64,000 nt of DNA from an uncultured Bacteroidales bacterium (GCA_900315245.1 OMYJ01000007.1:93256-157255); one strand, 5' to 3'; shown: positions 25,564-35,538, counted from the first letter of the stretch. Numbers and translations: made by a program. The notes: a model not told the origin generated them from the sequence alone.

Positions 25564-25597
25564 AACTACTAACTGCTAACTACTAACTGCTAACTGA
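25564..25597 (+). repeat. TAACTAC/TAACTGC heptamer array
   Basis: AACTACTAACTGCTAACTACTAACTGCTAACTGA. Confidence 0.8.
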
Positions 25598-27004
25598 TTA
25601 TAGCGTTCCCTGCTTCAGCTTCTCCACATATTCGTCCACCATCTGCATCATTTCGGGAATTCGGATGCGTTGTGGGCAATGCGTTACGCACTCGCCGCAG
25701 TGGGTGCAGTGGTCGGCTTGGCGAAGTTTCGGCACGCTGCGGTCGTAGCCGATGAGGAACGCCCGCCGCATCTTCTTGTATTCGCTCTCGTCCCGCGACT
25801 TGGCCAAGTTGCCCTCTTTGATGCACTTGTTGTAGTGTGAGAAGATGCCGGGAATGTCCAAACCGAAGGGACAGGGCATACAATACTGGCAGGCGGTGCA
25901 AGGAATGTTTTTCAGGTCGTAAATCTTTTTGGCGATCTCTTCCAAGAAGTTAAGTTCTTCATCCGTAAGCGGTTTCAGCGGACAGTGAGTGGCGAGGTTG
26001 TCGTCGAGGTGGTCCATGTAGGTCATGCCGCTGAGGGAGGTGAGCACATTGGGGAAGGTGCCGCAGAAGCGGAACGCCCACGAGGCCACGCTGCGCTCGG
26101 GTTCGCGGGTCTTCATCTCTTCCACGATGTGGTCGGGAACGTTGGCGAGGCGACCGCCCAACAGCGGTTCCATGATGACGGCAGGTATGTTTCTCTTTGT
26201 CAGTTCGTTGTAAAGATATTCGGCATCCGTGTTCCGGTCGTTGATCTCGTCGGCGAAGTGCCAGTCGAGGTAGTTCATCTCGATTTGCACGAAGTCCCAC
26301 TTGTACTCGTCGTGGCGCGACAGCAGGTAGTCGAACACCTTGACGTCGCCGTGGTAGGAGAATCCGAGGTTCCGGATGACCCCCTTCTCGCGCTGTTCCA
26401 ACAAGTAGTCGAGGATGCCGTTGTCGTAGTAGCGTTTGCGGAGCGTCTCCATGCCATCCTCGCCGCCACCGATGCTGTGCAAAAGCAGGTAGTCGATATA
26501 ATCGGTTTGCAACTCCTTGAGGGAGTTTTCGAACATTTTGATGGATTCCTCACGCGGCCAGGTGCCGGGCGCGAAGTTCGACATCTTGGTGGCGATGAAA
26601 TATTCGTCGCGTTTGTGCCGCGACAGGGCGATGCCCGTGGCATGTTCGCTGCGTCCCTGGCAATAGGCCGGGGAGGTGTCGAAGTAGTTGACCCCGTATT
26701 CGATGGCTTTATCGACCATCTTGTTGACCATCTCCTGGTCAATGGGGGCGGGCACCTCACGACCGGAGGCGCCGCTCGGGCCATCCTCCTCAATCACGGG
26801 AAGCCGCATCATCCCGAATCCTAACAACGACACTTTATCGCCGGTTTTCGGGTTCGTACGGTAGGTCATCTGCCCTTTCTGGGGCTTGATGGTGCCTTTG
26901 GGGTCAAGGTCGCTGTCGTTTTTGCACCCTGCCATCGTCGCGGCCGTCGCGACGGTGCCGGCACCTAATATTTTGAGGAAATCTCGTCTGGATATGTCTT
27001 TCAT
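25598..27004 (-). CDS. Tat-exported aldo/keto reductase with a C-terminal 4Fe-4S domain
   Basis: Twin-arginine signal SRRDFLKILGAGTVATAATMAGC. AKR core. CTACQYCMPCP and CTHCGECVTHCP cluster motifs. Confidence 0.85.
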   Translation of the reverse strand: MKDISRRDFLKILGAGTVATAATMAGCKNDSDLDPKGTIKPQKGQMTYRTNPKTGDKVSLLGFGMMRLPVIEEDGPSGASGREVPAPIDQEMVNKMVDKAIEYGVNYFDTSPAYCQGRSEHATGIALSRHKRDEYFIATKMSNFAPGTWPREESIKMFENSLKELQTDYIDYLLLHSIGGGEDGMETLRKRYYDNGILDYLLEQREKGVIRNLGFSYHGDVKVFDYLLSRHDEYKWDFVQIEMNYLDWHFADEINDRNTDAEYLYNELTKRNIPAVIMEPLLGGRLANVPDHIVEEMKTREPERSVASWAFRFCGTFPNVLTSLSGMTYMDHLDDNLATHCPLKPLTDEELNFLEEIAKKIYDLKNIPCTACQYCMPCPFGLDIPGIFSHYNKCIKEGNLAKSRDESEYKKMRRAFLIGYDRSVPKLRQADHCTHCGECVTHCPQRIRIPEMMQMVDEYVEKLKQGTL

Positions 27005-27163
27005 TAATTATGAATGTTGAATGATGAATGATGAATGATGAATGCTGAATGCTGAATGTAGAATGAAGAATAGTAGTTGATAGTTATTAGTCTAAGTCTA
27101 AGTTTAAGTCATTATTAGTTAAAAGCTAATAGCCAACAGCCAAAGGCCAACAGCCAACAGCCG
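27005..27163 (+). repeat. Spacer composed almost entirely of several short tandem-repeat families
   Basis: TGAATGA/TGAATGC x8. AGTCTA hexamers x4. AGCCAAC/GGCCAAC heptamers x4. Confidence 0.9.
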
Positions 27164-28696
27164 TTAAATCGTCCGTTGTTGTTCGACGCCTTCGACGTAA
27201 ATGGCGGACAATGGGCGGGCGGGGCAGACGTATTCGCAGGCGCCGCAGCCGATGCACTTGCTCTCGTTTATGGCGGGGATGAGCAGTTTGCCGGTGTCGT
27301 CGCCGCGTTTGGGCACCATCTCGATGGCTTCGGCGGGACAGTGGCGGGCGCAGTTGCCGCAGGGGATGCCGTCAGCCACCACGATGCAGTTTTGGACCAA
27401 CCAGATGGCCTGCCCTTTCTTGGTCACCGCTTTCTCCTCCTTGAGCAGTTTCTGGATCGCGCCGGTGGGGCACACATCGCTGCAGGCGGTGCATTCGGGA
27501 CGACAGTAGCCGCGTTCGAACGACATCACCGGCTGCATCAAGTGCATGAGGTCGGTGGAAGGACGCAGTACATCGTTAGGACACTGTGACACACAGAGTT
27601 GGCAGCCAGTGCAACGGGTGCGGAACCGTTGGAGGGAACCCGCGCCGGCAGGTACGATAGGCGTTTTCCGTTCGGGAGCCACCTTGTCCTCAATGGCCGC
27701 CAAACCACCATCGACTTTCTTCTTCTCCTGTGCGAAGGCGGCGGTGCCGAGGGCCACGGCGGAACCAATCAGGAAGGCGCGCTTGCCGGTATCAACGGTT
27801 TCGGAGGGCGTTTCGTTGTTGCCCGATAGGGGCGAATGATTATTCGCCTCTACAACGGTGGTATTGCCCTTAACGTGTTTGTATTCAATCGCCTCTTTCG
27901 GGCACACCGCCATGCAATTGCCGCAGGTCACGCACCGCGAATAATCGACAAAACCGTTCTTGCCATCAATGCAGGAGGCCTTGCAGTTCTTGGTGCAGAG
28001 ACCGCATTGCACGCATTTCTCCTCGTTGATGTGCATCTTGAACCAAGAAAACCGGCTGAAGAAGCTGAGGAAAGTGCCTACGGGGCAGATGTTGTTGCAG
28101 TAAGTGCGGCCGTTGCGCCACGCCAACACCACGATGACCACGAATGTCACCGCCGCAATGATGAAAGTGGGCAGACTGCGCATCCACACTTCTTTGCTGT
28201 AGAAGGCGTAGCTGTTGAAATGTTCGCTGAGACTGGCCAGACCGTTGTTGCACCACTGCCATATCGGGGCGAAGAGGTTCTGCACGATTCGGCCGTAGGC
28301 GGAGTAGGGGGCAAAAAGCGCAGCCAGTGAGCTCACACCTGCGATGAGCGTAATGACGAATACTCCCAACATGATGTAACGCAGGATGTTGTTCGCCTTT
28401 GAGAACGTGTAGCGGTTCTTCTTTGTCCAGTTGTGGACGTGCGCCACCCCGTCCTGGAACACGCCTAACGGACAGATGACGGAGCAGTAGATACGGCCGA
28501 ACAGCAAAGTGATAATCAATAGGATGACGACAACTATGAAGTTGAGGGCGAGCACTGCAGGCAGGAACTGCACCTTGGCCATCCAGGCCAAAAATTTGTG
28601 CAATGTGCCAGTGAAATCGAGGAACATCAGCGTGATGCCGAGGAAAAAGATAGCCGCGAGCACCCGCCGGATCCGTTGTAAGGTTTTCTTGTGCAT
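27164..28696 (-). CDS. Membrane-bound polyferredoxin (NapH/MauN-like 4Fe-4S binding protein)
   Basis: N-terminal TM segments with CxxC, and multiple CxxCxxCxxxCP motifs (CVQCGLCTKNC, CVTCGNCMAVCP, CTGCQLCVSQCP, CIGCGACEYVCP). Confidence 0.8.
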   Translation of the reverse strand: MHKKTLQRIRRVLAAIFFLGITLMFLDFTGTLHKFLAWMAKVQFLPAVLALNFIVVVILLIITLLFGRIYCSVICPLGVFQDGVAHVHNWTKKNRYTFSKANNILRYIMLGVFVITLIAGVSSLAALFAPYSAYGRIVQNLFAPIWQWCNNGLASLSEHFNSYAFYSKEVWMRSLPTFIIAAVTFVVIVVLAWRNGRTYCNNICPVGTFLSFFSRFSWFKMHINEEKCVQCGLCTKNCKASCIDGKNGFVDYSRCVTCGNCMAVCPKEAIEYKHVKGNTTVVEANNHSPLSGNNETPSETVDTGKRAFLIGSAVALGTAAFAQEKKKVDGGLAAIEDKVAPERKTPIVPAGAGSLQRFRTRCTGCQLCVSQCPNDVLRPSTDLMHLMQPVMSFERGYCRPECTACSDVCPTGAIQKLLKEEKAVTKKGQAIWLVQNCIVVADGIPCGNCARHCPAEAIEMVPKRGDDTGKLLIPAINESKCIGCGACEYVCPARPLSAIYVEGVEQQRTI

Positions 28697-28812
28697 TATC
28701 GGTTGTTTTTGTTGACAGAATCAGGGTGCAAAAATAATATTTTTCACGATAATACACATTGGTCTTAAGTTTGCAGAATATAGTTGCAATTGCATTTGTG
28801 GTCAACCGTATG

Positions 28813-30060
28813 TTATGATTGGCAGTTATTTCCCTCATTTATAAATTTGCAGAATTCTTCCAGACTTCGTTGAATGACACTGCCAGCCTGCAGATGTTCT
28901 TTATAGAGTGCTACCATTGTGGGTGACATACTACGGTTCAGGGCGTATCGTACCACCTCCATGTTGGCATCTTTACATAGGATGATTCCAATGCTTGGAT
29001 TTTCGTTCGAACGACGTTCTTCTTGATCAAGTGCTTCCAGATAAAATTCTAGTTGTCCCAAATCCTTTGGTTGGAATTCTTCCGTTTTTAATTCAATAGC
29101 TACCATACATTGCAACAATCTGTGGTAGAACAACAAATCCACCTTGAATGTTTTTCCGCCCACTGACAAACGATGTTCTTCGTCGATAAACAGAAAATCT
29201 TTGCCCATCTCCAAAATGAAATCCTTCATGTGGGCTGTTATTTTTTTCCTCAGTTTCGATTCTTTATATTTCATGGGTAGCCCGAACATTTCCAGATAAA
29301 CTGTATCTTTAAACACTATGCCGCTTTGCGGGTATTTCCGTTTCATCATTTCAGACTGCATTTTCTTGCTCCCAAGTATAGCAGACATCGCATCTGTTTT
29401 CAGCGCACGCTGAAGTTCTTTATATTCTAACTGTTCGTGACCTGCATAAAGTATGTAAAACAACCGTTGTTCATTGGTTTTGCATTGTCTCATAATCAGT
29501 TGATGGTTACTCCAACCTGTGGAAAAAAGCACATTGGGGATTTGTATCATTTCAAATGGCACAAGTTCATCTTTTTCAATTTGTGTCAATTCGATTGACA
29601 CAAAATCGTTCTTTGGTAATGAAGCCAAGCGAACTGGCAATGATGACTCTTTGTCAGAAGATGACTCGTTGGATATTGTCCCCAACAAGTGGTTTTGCAT
29701 TCCATAATGATTGACCAGTTGAGCAAAACTCTTTGTGGAATAAGTATCATAAAACCTCACCATTCTGTATATGGTACTATAGCTCCATCCTTTGGCTTTG
29801 GGATTCCGAGTGCGGATGTAATCTGCAAGCATTCGGATTACCCGGTCACCCCAAACGGCTTTCTTCAAACGGTCTGACACGTAGGCACCCACTTCCCAAA
29901 GCATGCGGAGCGACTCGTTGTGCACAGCATTCATTGCCCGTCGCTTATGGGCTGATATGATGCCATAAATCATTTCAAAATCATCTTTGTAAACTAGAGG
30001 ATTACTGTCAGTATCAATAACTGTTGAGGGATTATTCTTTTTTGTCTTATTCTTTGCCAT
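28813..30060 (-). CDS. YhcG-family (DUF1016) PDDEXK nuclease-domain protein
   Basis: N-terminal ...AMNAVHNESLRMLWEVGAYV...WSYSTIYRMVRFY. C-terminal VAIELKTEEFQPKDLGQLEFYLEAL. An AT-rich gene in a GC-rich context. Confidence 0.75.
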   Translation of the reverse strand: MAKNKTKKNNPSTVIDTDSNPLVYKDDFEMIYGIISAHKRRAMNAVHNESLRMLWEVGAYVSDRLKKAVWGDRVIRMLADYIRTRNPKAKGWSYSTIYRMVRFYDTYSTKSFAQLVNHYGMQNHLLGTISNESSSDKESSLPVRLASLPKNDFVSIELTQIEKDELVPFEMIQIPNVLFSTGWSNHQLIMRQCKTNEQRLFYILYAGHEQLEYKELQRALKTDAMSAILGSKKMQSEMMKRKYPQSGIVFKDTVYLEMFGLPMKYKESKLRKKITAHMKDFILEMGKDFLFIDEEHRLSVGGKTFKVDLLFYHRLLQCMVAIELKTEEFQPKDLGQLEFYLEALDQEERRSNENPSIGIILCKDANMEVVRYALNRSMSPTMVALYKEHLQAGSVIQRSLEEFCKFINEGNNCQS

Positions 30061-30095
30061 TTTTTTTGTTTATAAACATTTTGTTTTTTTGCCGA

Positions 30096-30103
30096 CAAAG
30101 ATA
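30096..30103 (-). promoter_or_regulatory. -7 box (TATCTTTG) for the YhcG-like gene
   Basis: Extended GACAAAGATACA context, 36 nt upstream of ATG 30060. Confidence 0.55.
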
Positions 30104-30108
30104 CAACA

Positions 30109-30133
30109 AAACCTCTTGTTTGTCAAGAGGTTT
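30109..30133 (-). terminator. Candidate rnr terminator
   Basis: AAACCTCTTG-TTTGT-CAAGAGGTTT 10-bp stem with a U-rich tail on the minus strand. Confidence 0.5.
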
Positions 30134-30308
30134 GTTGAAATTTTTGTTGTCCCTGAACAACAATAAGTTGTGATTAAAATTTACAATTTAAATCACTGAT
30201 TGTTAAATTATAAGAAAGAGTTTTTGCAATAAGATGTGTGAGTTGCGGTATCGAATCGCAAAACGCAAAATGCTGAAAGAGGGCGGAAAGATTCATGGAT
30301 TGCAGTCC

Positions 30309-32447
30309 CTACACCCTCTCGAAATCCATCCTCCGTTTGATAATATCCACCGCAACCACACGCACGCGCACCGGGTCGCCGAAACGGAGGTTCTTGCCGT
30401 GATGCAAACCCACCAACGTGTAGTTTTCTTCGTCAATGTAGTAGAAGTCGTCGTCGAAACTGCGCATCGGGATCATGCCCTCGCAGTGGGAATCCTTCAG
30501 CTCGGCATAGACGCCCCACTTGGAGATGCCCGACACCACCGCGTCGAACTCCTGCCCGATCTTGTCGGACAGGTACTCGGCCTGCTTGTACTTGATGGAG
30601 TTGCGCTCGGCCTCCATTGCCTGCCGCTCCATGTCGGAACAGTGCTTGCAGTAGTCCTCGTATTGTTCTTTGTTCACCGACGGCTCATGCGCCAAATAGC
30701 GGTCTAACAATCTGTGTACCATCAAGTCAGGATAACGACGGATGGGCGAGGTGAAGTGGGTGTAGTAGGGGAATGCGAGCCCGTAGTGGCCGATGTTGTC
30801 GGTGGTATAGACGGCGCGAGCCATAATGCGGATGGAGAGCTTGCTCAACATGTCGTAGTCGGGCTTGCCCTTCTCGCCCTCCAGCATTTTGTTCAGCGAG
30901 CTGCTGAAGGCCTTCGTGGAGGTGGTCTTCAGGTCGAAGCCCAACTTCTTGACGAAATTCTTGAAGATGCCCAATTTGTCCTCCAACGGTTTGTCGTGGA
31001 CACGATAGACGAAGACGTTCGTGGGCTGCGTGGCCGTGCGTTTCTTGCCGATTTTCTCGGCCACGCGCTTGTTGGCTAACAGCATGAACTCCTCGATGAG
31101 CCAGTTGGCCTCTTTCTGCTCTTTGAGATAGACGCCGATGGGCTTGCCGTTCTCGTCGAGTTTGAACTTGACTTCCTCGGTTTCGAAACTGATGGCGTTG
31201 TTGTCGAAACGTTGCTTGCGCATCACCTGCGCGAGCTTGTGCAGTTGCAGGATGGCCTCGCTGAGGTCGCCTTCGCCCGTCTCAATGATTTGCTGCGCCT
31301 GCTCGTAGTCGAAGCGGCGGTTGGAGCGGATGACCGTGTGGCCGAACCACTCCTTGTGGACTTTGGCCTTGTCGTCGAGGTCAAAGACGGCACTGTAGCA
31401 GAGTTTGTCCTCGTCGGGACGGAGCGAGCAGAGGTTGTTGGAGAGTGCTTCGGGAAGCATCGGGATAGTGCGATCGACGAGATAGACGGAAGTGCCTCGG
31501 CTGTAGGCCTCCGCGTCGATGCCGCTGCCGGGCTTCACGTAGTAGGAGACGTCGGCGATGTGGATGCCCACGCGGTAGAGACCGCTCTCAAGCACCTCGA
31601 AGGAGAGGGCGTCGTCGAAGTCCTTGGCATCGGCGGGGTCGATGGTGAAGGTGGTCACGTCGCGGAAGTCGCGGCGGCGCAGGATCTCCTTTTCAGGGAT
31701 TTCCGTGGGGATCGCTTCGGCCTCCAGCTCGACGGCTTTCGGGAAGGAGACAGGGAAGTCGCTCTCGGCGAGGATGCTGAGCATCTCCACATCGTTGCTG
31801 CCGGGCTTGCCGAGCACGTTGAGGACTTCGCCGATGGGATTGCGGTGGTTGCCCGACCAGTCGAGGATGCGCACCACCACCTTGTCGCCGGTCTTGGCTT
31901 TGCGCAGGTTTTTGCCGGGGATGATGACGTCGCGGCGCAGAATCGTGTTGTCGGGCACGAAGAAGGCGATGCCTTGCTTGATGTGGATGGTGCCGACGAG
32001 TTGCCGTTTACTGCGCTGCACGACCTCGACCACCTGACCTTCAAGGCGTTTGCCTTTGCGGGCGGGGAAGAGGACCACCTTCACGAGGTCGCCGTTGAGG
32101 GCGTTGCCGAGGTTGCCGTCTGCCACGAAGATGTCATCGATGGTGGATTCGTCGGGCGTGTCGTCCTGCTTGCCCTGCGGGATGACGAAGGCCATGCCGC
32201 TGCGTTTCTGCTCCACGCGGCCGATGATGTAGTGCTTGCCGGTGGTCTTGGTGTCCTGGAACTTGCTGTTCAGCTTGTACTTGCCGCGGCCGGCCTTCAG
32301 CACGACCTTGGCGTTGATGAGCTTTTCAAGCTCTTTCTTCACTTCCTCGCGGCCTTTCTTGTCGAAAATCTTCATTTTGGCCGCTATCTGCTTGTAATTC
32401 AGTTTTTCGCTGCTGTTCGACAGCACTTCTATGATTTGTTTGTTCAT
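30309..32447 (-). CDS. rnr: Ribonuclease R
   Basis: 712 aa. Cold-shock/OB N-terminus. RNB core (DPADAKDFDDALS, SPIRRYPDLMVHR). C-terminal S1 domain. Confidence 0.95.
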   Translation of the reverse strand: MNKQIIEVLSNSSEKLNYKQIAAKMKIFDKKGREEVKKELEKLINAKVVLKAGRGKYKLNSKFQDTKTTGKHYIIGRVEQKRSGMAFVIPQGKQDDTPDESTIDDIFVADGNLGNALNGDLVKVVLFPARKGKRLEGQVVEVVQRSKRQLVGTIHIKQGIAFFVPDNTILRRDVIIPGKNLRKAKTGDKVVVRILDWSGNHRNPIGEVLNVLGKPGSNDVEMLSILAESDFPVSFPKAVELEAEAIPTEIPEKEILRRRDFRDVTTFTIDPADAKDFDDALSFEVLESGLYRVGIHIADVSYYVKPGSGIDAEAYSRGTSVYLVDRTIPMLPEALSNNLCSLRPDEDKLCYSAVFDLDDKAKVHKEWFGHTVIRSNRRFDYEQAQQIIETGEGDLSEAILQLHKLAQVMRKQRFDNNAISFETEEVKFKLDENGKPIGVYLKEQKEANWLIEEFMLLANKRVAEKIGKKRTATQPTNVFVYRVHDKPLEDKLGIFKNFVKKLGFDLKTTSTKAFSSSLNKMLEGEKGKPDYDMLSKLSIRIMARAVYTTDNIGHYGLAFPYYTHFTSPIRRYPDLMVHRLLDRYLAHEPSVNKEQYEDYCKHCSDMERQAMEAERNSIKYKQAEYLSDKIGQEFDAVVSGISKWGVYAELKDSHCEGMIPMRSFDDDFYYIDEENYTLVGLHHGKNLRFGDPVRVRVVAVDIIKRRMDFERV

Positions 32448-32451
32448 TTTT

Positions 32452-32535
32452 GTAATGGTTATTGGTTATGGGTTATAGGTTATTGAGGGTTAATGGTTTA
32501 TGGTTATTGAGGGTTAATGGTTTATGGTTGGTGGG
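32452..32535 (+). repeat. GGTTATT/GGTTAAT-type repeat array upstream of rnr
   Basis: AATGGTTATTGGTTATGGGTTATAGGTTATTGAGGGTTAATGGTTTATGGTTATTGAGGGTTAATGGTTTATGG. C-free on the plus strand. Confidence 0.85.
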
Positions 32536-33633
32536 TTAATGGGGTAGTGGGTTGGAAGTGTGGAGTACGTCTTTTACTTCGTGGATGATTTGTAGGCATC
32601 GTTCACGACTCATTTTGGTGTTCATGCCGACGGTAATCATGTCTTCATCCGATGGCAATCCCTTGAAATTAACGGATGTGGCATGTTCTCCAAGTGTCTC
32701 GTTGTACGTCAGATCGTATGCTGGAGAGAGTTCCCAATGTTCGTCGCGGTAGATGAAACTGAAATTGCGGGCGTGGTCATCGTAGTTGTGGGCGTAATGG
32801 TTGAAAACCATCCTTCGGAATTGTTGTTCCACAGCCGCAGGCGATTGCGTGAGGTAGCCTGTGAGCTGCAAGAGCGTGTAGTAATCCATTTTGGGTGGGG
32901 AGATGGGTTCGTTGAGCAGTCCACTGGCAGTGGCCACATGCAGCCGTTTGCCGTTTTCATCAATATCGAACCGTTTCGTGGCGAAATACTTCCCTTCCAT
33001 CAATCGGAACTCAGGCACGTCAATGCCAGCACGTTTTGCAACCTCATTGTAGCGGTATTCCATTTGCCCGATGTCCTTCGGGTCATAGATATGCCGGAAT
33101 TTGACGAGCCAGTGCCCATCCGCGTCATGGTAAACACATTTGGGACGGACCCCCCCCGAGTTGCCGCTGTGCATCAACAGCAGACCTGCGTTCTCGTCTT
33201 TTTTCTCCGAAAGCACCTCTGTCGCCATAGCCTGCATCTCATCAAGAGTGACAGACGAATCCATTTCCATCAGCCTGTTTTCAGGGACGTAGCATAGCGC
33301 CCCCATTCCAGAACTCCCTACAATACTCAGTTGTTGGATTGGTGTAAGACTTTGATAGTCAATTCCATTACGACGCAAAACCTTGTGCAAGAGATAGTCG
33401 CCATAACCTCCTGGAAGACTGTCTTTGAAGATGCCGAAATTGCCGTTAAAGGGTCGGTAGTCTGCGGTGAAAAGTCCCGTTTTCAAGGGCAAATGTAACG
33501 GTGATATAGAAAAGCCGTCGCGAAGCCATTCCCGATTGTATTCAAACTGGCAACACGAATGGGTATCCATTGAAAGTGTTCCCACGTTACGTTCATGGCA
33601 CATCACGCGCACATATTTCACATCCTTTATCAT
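32536..33633 (-). CDS. hipA: Type II toxin HipA-family Ser/Thr kinase
   Basis: HipA N-terminal coupling region and C-terminal kinase motifs (NYDDHARNFSF, SPAYDLT). 4-nt overlap with the upstream HTH gene. Confidence 0.85.
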   Translation of the reverse strand: MIKDVKYVRVMCHERNVGTLSMDTHSCCQFEYNREWLRDGFSISPLHLPLKTGLFTADYRPFNGNFGIFKDSLPGGYGDYLLHKVLRRNGIDYQSLTPIQQLSIVGSSGMGALCYVPENRLMEMDSSVTLDEMQAMATEVLSEKKDENAGLLLMHSGNSGGVRPKCVYHDADGHWLVKFRHIYDPKDIGQMEYRYNEVAKRAGIDVPEFRLMEGKYFATKRFDIDENGKRLHVATASGLLNEPISPPKMDYYTLLQLTGYLTQSPAAVEQQFRRMVFNHYAHNYDDHARNFSFIYRDEHWELSPAYDLTYNETLGEHATSVNFKGLPSDEDMITVGMNTKMSRERCLQIIHEVKDVLHTSNPLPH

Positions 33634-33941
33634 ACGCCGCGTTTTCTGGTTTTGTTCTTGTTTATTTCCAGCAATTCCTCCATCGTGTCGTATTTAGGTT
33701 CGGCAAGAAGTTGCATCATCTCTTCGGAGTAGCCAAGGGCCTTTGCCAGACGAACGTATGATTCCAATGAAATGGCATGTTTCAGTTCAAACCGTTGGAT
33801 AGTGGAGGCCGGAACACCGCTCATTGTCGCCAAACTCTTGGTGGATAGCTTTTTCTCCAAACGACGGGCACGGAGATTCACTGCCAACTGTTGCATGGTT
33901 TGCGACAAAGGGTACGGGTCAAATACATATTCGTTACGCAT
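33630..33941 (-). CDS. XRE-family HTH antitoxin (HipB-like)
   Basis: 103 aa. HTH LSTKSLATMSGVPASTIQRFE. Overlaps the hipA start. Palindromic operator-like sites lie upstream. Confidence 0.75.
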   Translation of the reverse strand: MRNEYVFDPYPLSQTMQQLAVNLRARRLEKKLSTKSLATMSGVPASTIQRFELKHAISLESYVRLAKALGYSEEMMQLLAEPKYDTMEELLEINKNKTRKRGV

Positions 33942-33972
33942 ATAATACTATGTGTAAAAAGATATTTCGTTG

Positions 33973-34015
33973 TTTTACGCAGCATATATTATGCGTAAAA
34001 TTTTCGGCAAAGATA
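33973..34015 (-). promoter_or_regulatory. -7 box (TATCTTTG, 34008..34015) plus a 9-bp inverted repeat operator candidate for hipBA
   Basis: TTTTACGCA (33973..33981) / TGCGTAAAA (33992..34000). An extra TTACGCA half-site lies at 33934..33940. Confidence 0.55.
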
Positions 34016-34139
34016 CAAAAAATTCTAATTTAGTAATTGCGTCAAACATTATAAATCGACAACATCCCCTGATAATCATTCAGCATTCAACATTCATAAT
34101 TCTACATTCTTCATAGTTGGCGCATATTCGTAATTTGTG

Positions 34140-34147
34140 TACTTTTG
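34140..34147 (+). promoter_or_regulatory. -7 box (TACTTTTG) for the Ser/Thr kinase
   Basis: TAnnTTTG match 9 nt before ATG 34156. Confidence 0.5.
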
Positions 34148-34155
34148 CGCCCGTT

Positions 34156-35538
34156 ATGCCTACATCTCGCAAAATGCAAACGGAATCGCATCAGGCTTCC
34201 TCTTCTGGCGAAATCACCTCTTCATTCGAGAATATCTCGGACGTGTTCACCGCGTATGCGGAAATCCCGTCGGGTGGGTTCAACCGCTTGTATAAGGCGA
34301 AGCGGTACGGAAAGTGGTTTGTGTTGAAGGGCCTGAAGCCGGAATTTCAGAGGAAGGCTGTCTATAATGAGCTGCTGACCAAAGAGTTTGAGTTGGGGGT
34401 ACAGATGGATCACCCCAACATCGCGCATACGTTCAGCTTTGAGACCGACCCTGTTGCCGGGCCGTGCATCGTGATGGAGTATGTGGATGGATGTACGCTC
34501 AAGGAGTTCCTCACACAGAGTCCATCTCGGGCCGTACGGATGAAGGTTGCGAAGGAGATACTATCGGCAATGTCCTACTTCCATGGCAAACAGATTATCC
34601 ATCGCGATCTGAAGCCCGACAACATCTTGATCACGCACAACGGACACAACGTGAAAATTATCGATTTTGGGTTGGCGGACACCGATTACCACGGCATTCT
34701 GAAGCAGCCGGCGGGTTCGGACAAATACGCTGCGCCCGAGCAGGTGGCCGGCAGCGTGCCGTTGGACTGCCGTGCCGACCTGTATGCGTTCGGGGTCATC
34801 TTCCGGCAGATTTTCCCGCATCGCTATGGGGGCATCTTCCGCAAATGTACGCAACCCGACCGCAATCGGCGGTTCAACAACGCGGAGGAGATTCTGCAGC
34901 GGCTGCAACGGAGCCAGCGACAAATCCCCGTTTTCATCACTTTGACCTCTCTACTCGTTATTGCGGTGGGCGCGTGGGTGTTGTGGCCAACGGCAAGCGA
35001 GGTGCAACCCAAGCCTTTGTCGCCAGAGACAGAGGAAACCGCACCCTCGGAAACACCATCTGGAAATGTCGGGGAGCAGCAGGAGCTTCAGACAGTGCCA
35101 TTGCCTCAAGTTGAACCGGGCAATACGGCTGCGCCAATAGCCCAAGTGGAGCAGAATAGCCAGACCGCACAGGAAAAGGAGGTGGATGTGTTTTCGGAAG
35201 AGTATATTTACCGGCAGATTCCTGCAGAGGCCAAGAAGATGATAGAAACCTCCTTGGACACGCTTTTCCGTCCGTTCTGGGATTGGAACCGGGCTGCGGA
35301 GGCGCAAGGGATGACTCCTATTGACAAACTTGCGCATTACACCCAGTCGGATTTTTTCAAGAACAATTACGAAATCCGGGAACGGCATCGCGAGGTGGTG
35401 GTAAACGACCTCCTGCGGCGTTACCCGCAGTGTGAGCCTGTCAAGGAGAAAGTGACCATGTACTACAATCTCCTGTTTGCAAGGCGGATGATTGCGGTGG
35501 GCAACGTGGTGTATGAGTGGCAGAAGGCCGCGCGCTAA
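34156..35538 (+). CDS. Membrane-spanning Ser/Thr protein kinase with an unknown C-terminal domain
   Basis: Hanks kinase motifs VLKGL, HRDLKPDNIL, DFGLA, APE. TM VFITLTSLLVIAVGAWVLW. ATG 34156 (alternative 34174) lies just after the TAnnTTTG box at 34140..34147. Confidence 0.85.
   Translation: MPTSRKMQTESHQASSSGEITSSFENISDVFTAYAEIPSGGFNRLYKAKRYGKWFVLKGLKPEFQRKAVYNELLTKEFELGVQMDHPNIAHTFSFETDPVAGPCIVMEYVDGCTLKEFLTQSPSRAVRMKVAKEILSAMSYFHGKQIIHRDLKPDNILITHNGHNVKIIDFGLADTDYHGILKQPAGSDKYAAPEQVAGSVPLDCRADLYAFGVIFRQIFPHRYGGIFRKCTQPDRNRRFNNAEEILQRLQRSQRQIPVFITLTSLLVIAVGAWVLWPTASEVQPKPLSPETEETAPSETPSGNVGEQQELQTVPLPQVEPGNTAAPIAQVEQNSQTAQEKEVDVFSEEYIYRQIPAEAKKMIETSLDTLFRPFWDWNRAAEAQGMTPIDKLAHYTQSDFFKNNYEIRERHREVVVNDLLRRYPQCEPVKEKVTMYYNLLFARRMIAVGNVVYEWQKAAR

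Noticed and set aside
31212-32486. Long antisense or alternative-frame ORFs inside GC-rich genes (e.g. 31212..32486, 1615..2325, 10068..10703, 22656..23543, 25985..26824, 35691..36545, 37350..38129, 43514..44362, 54780..55601, 60333..61004)
   Set aside because: These are shadow ORFs opposite or overlapping well-supported genes (rnr, T9SS protein, methyltransferase, nqrB, AKR, FISUMP and others). They show low-complexity Ala/Gly/Val/Arg-rich composition typical of high-GC antisense frames.
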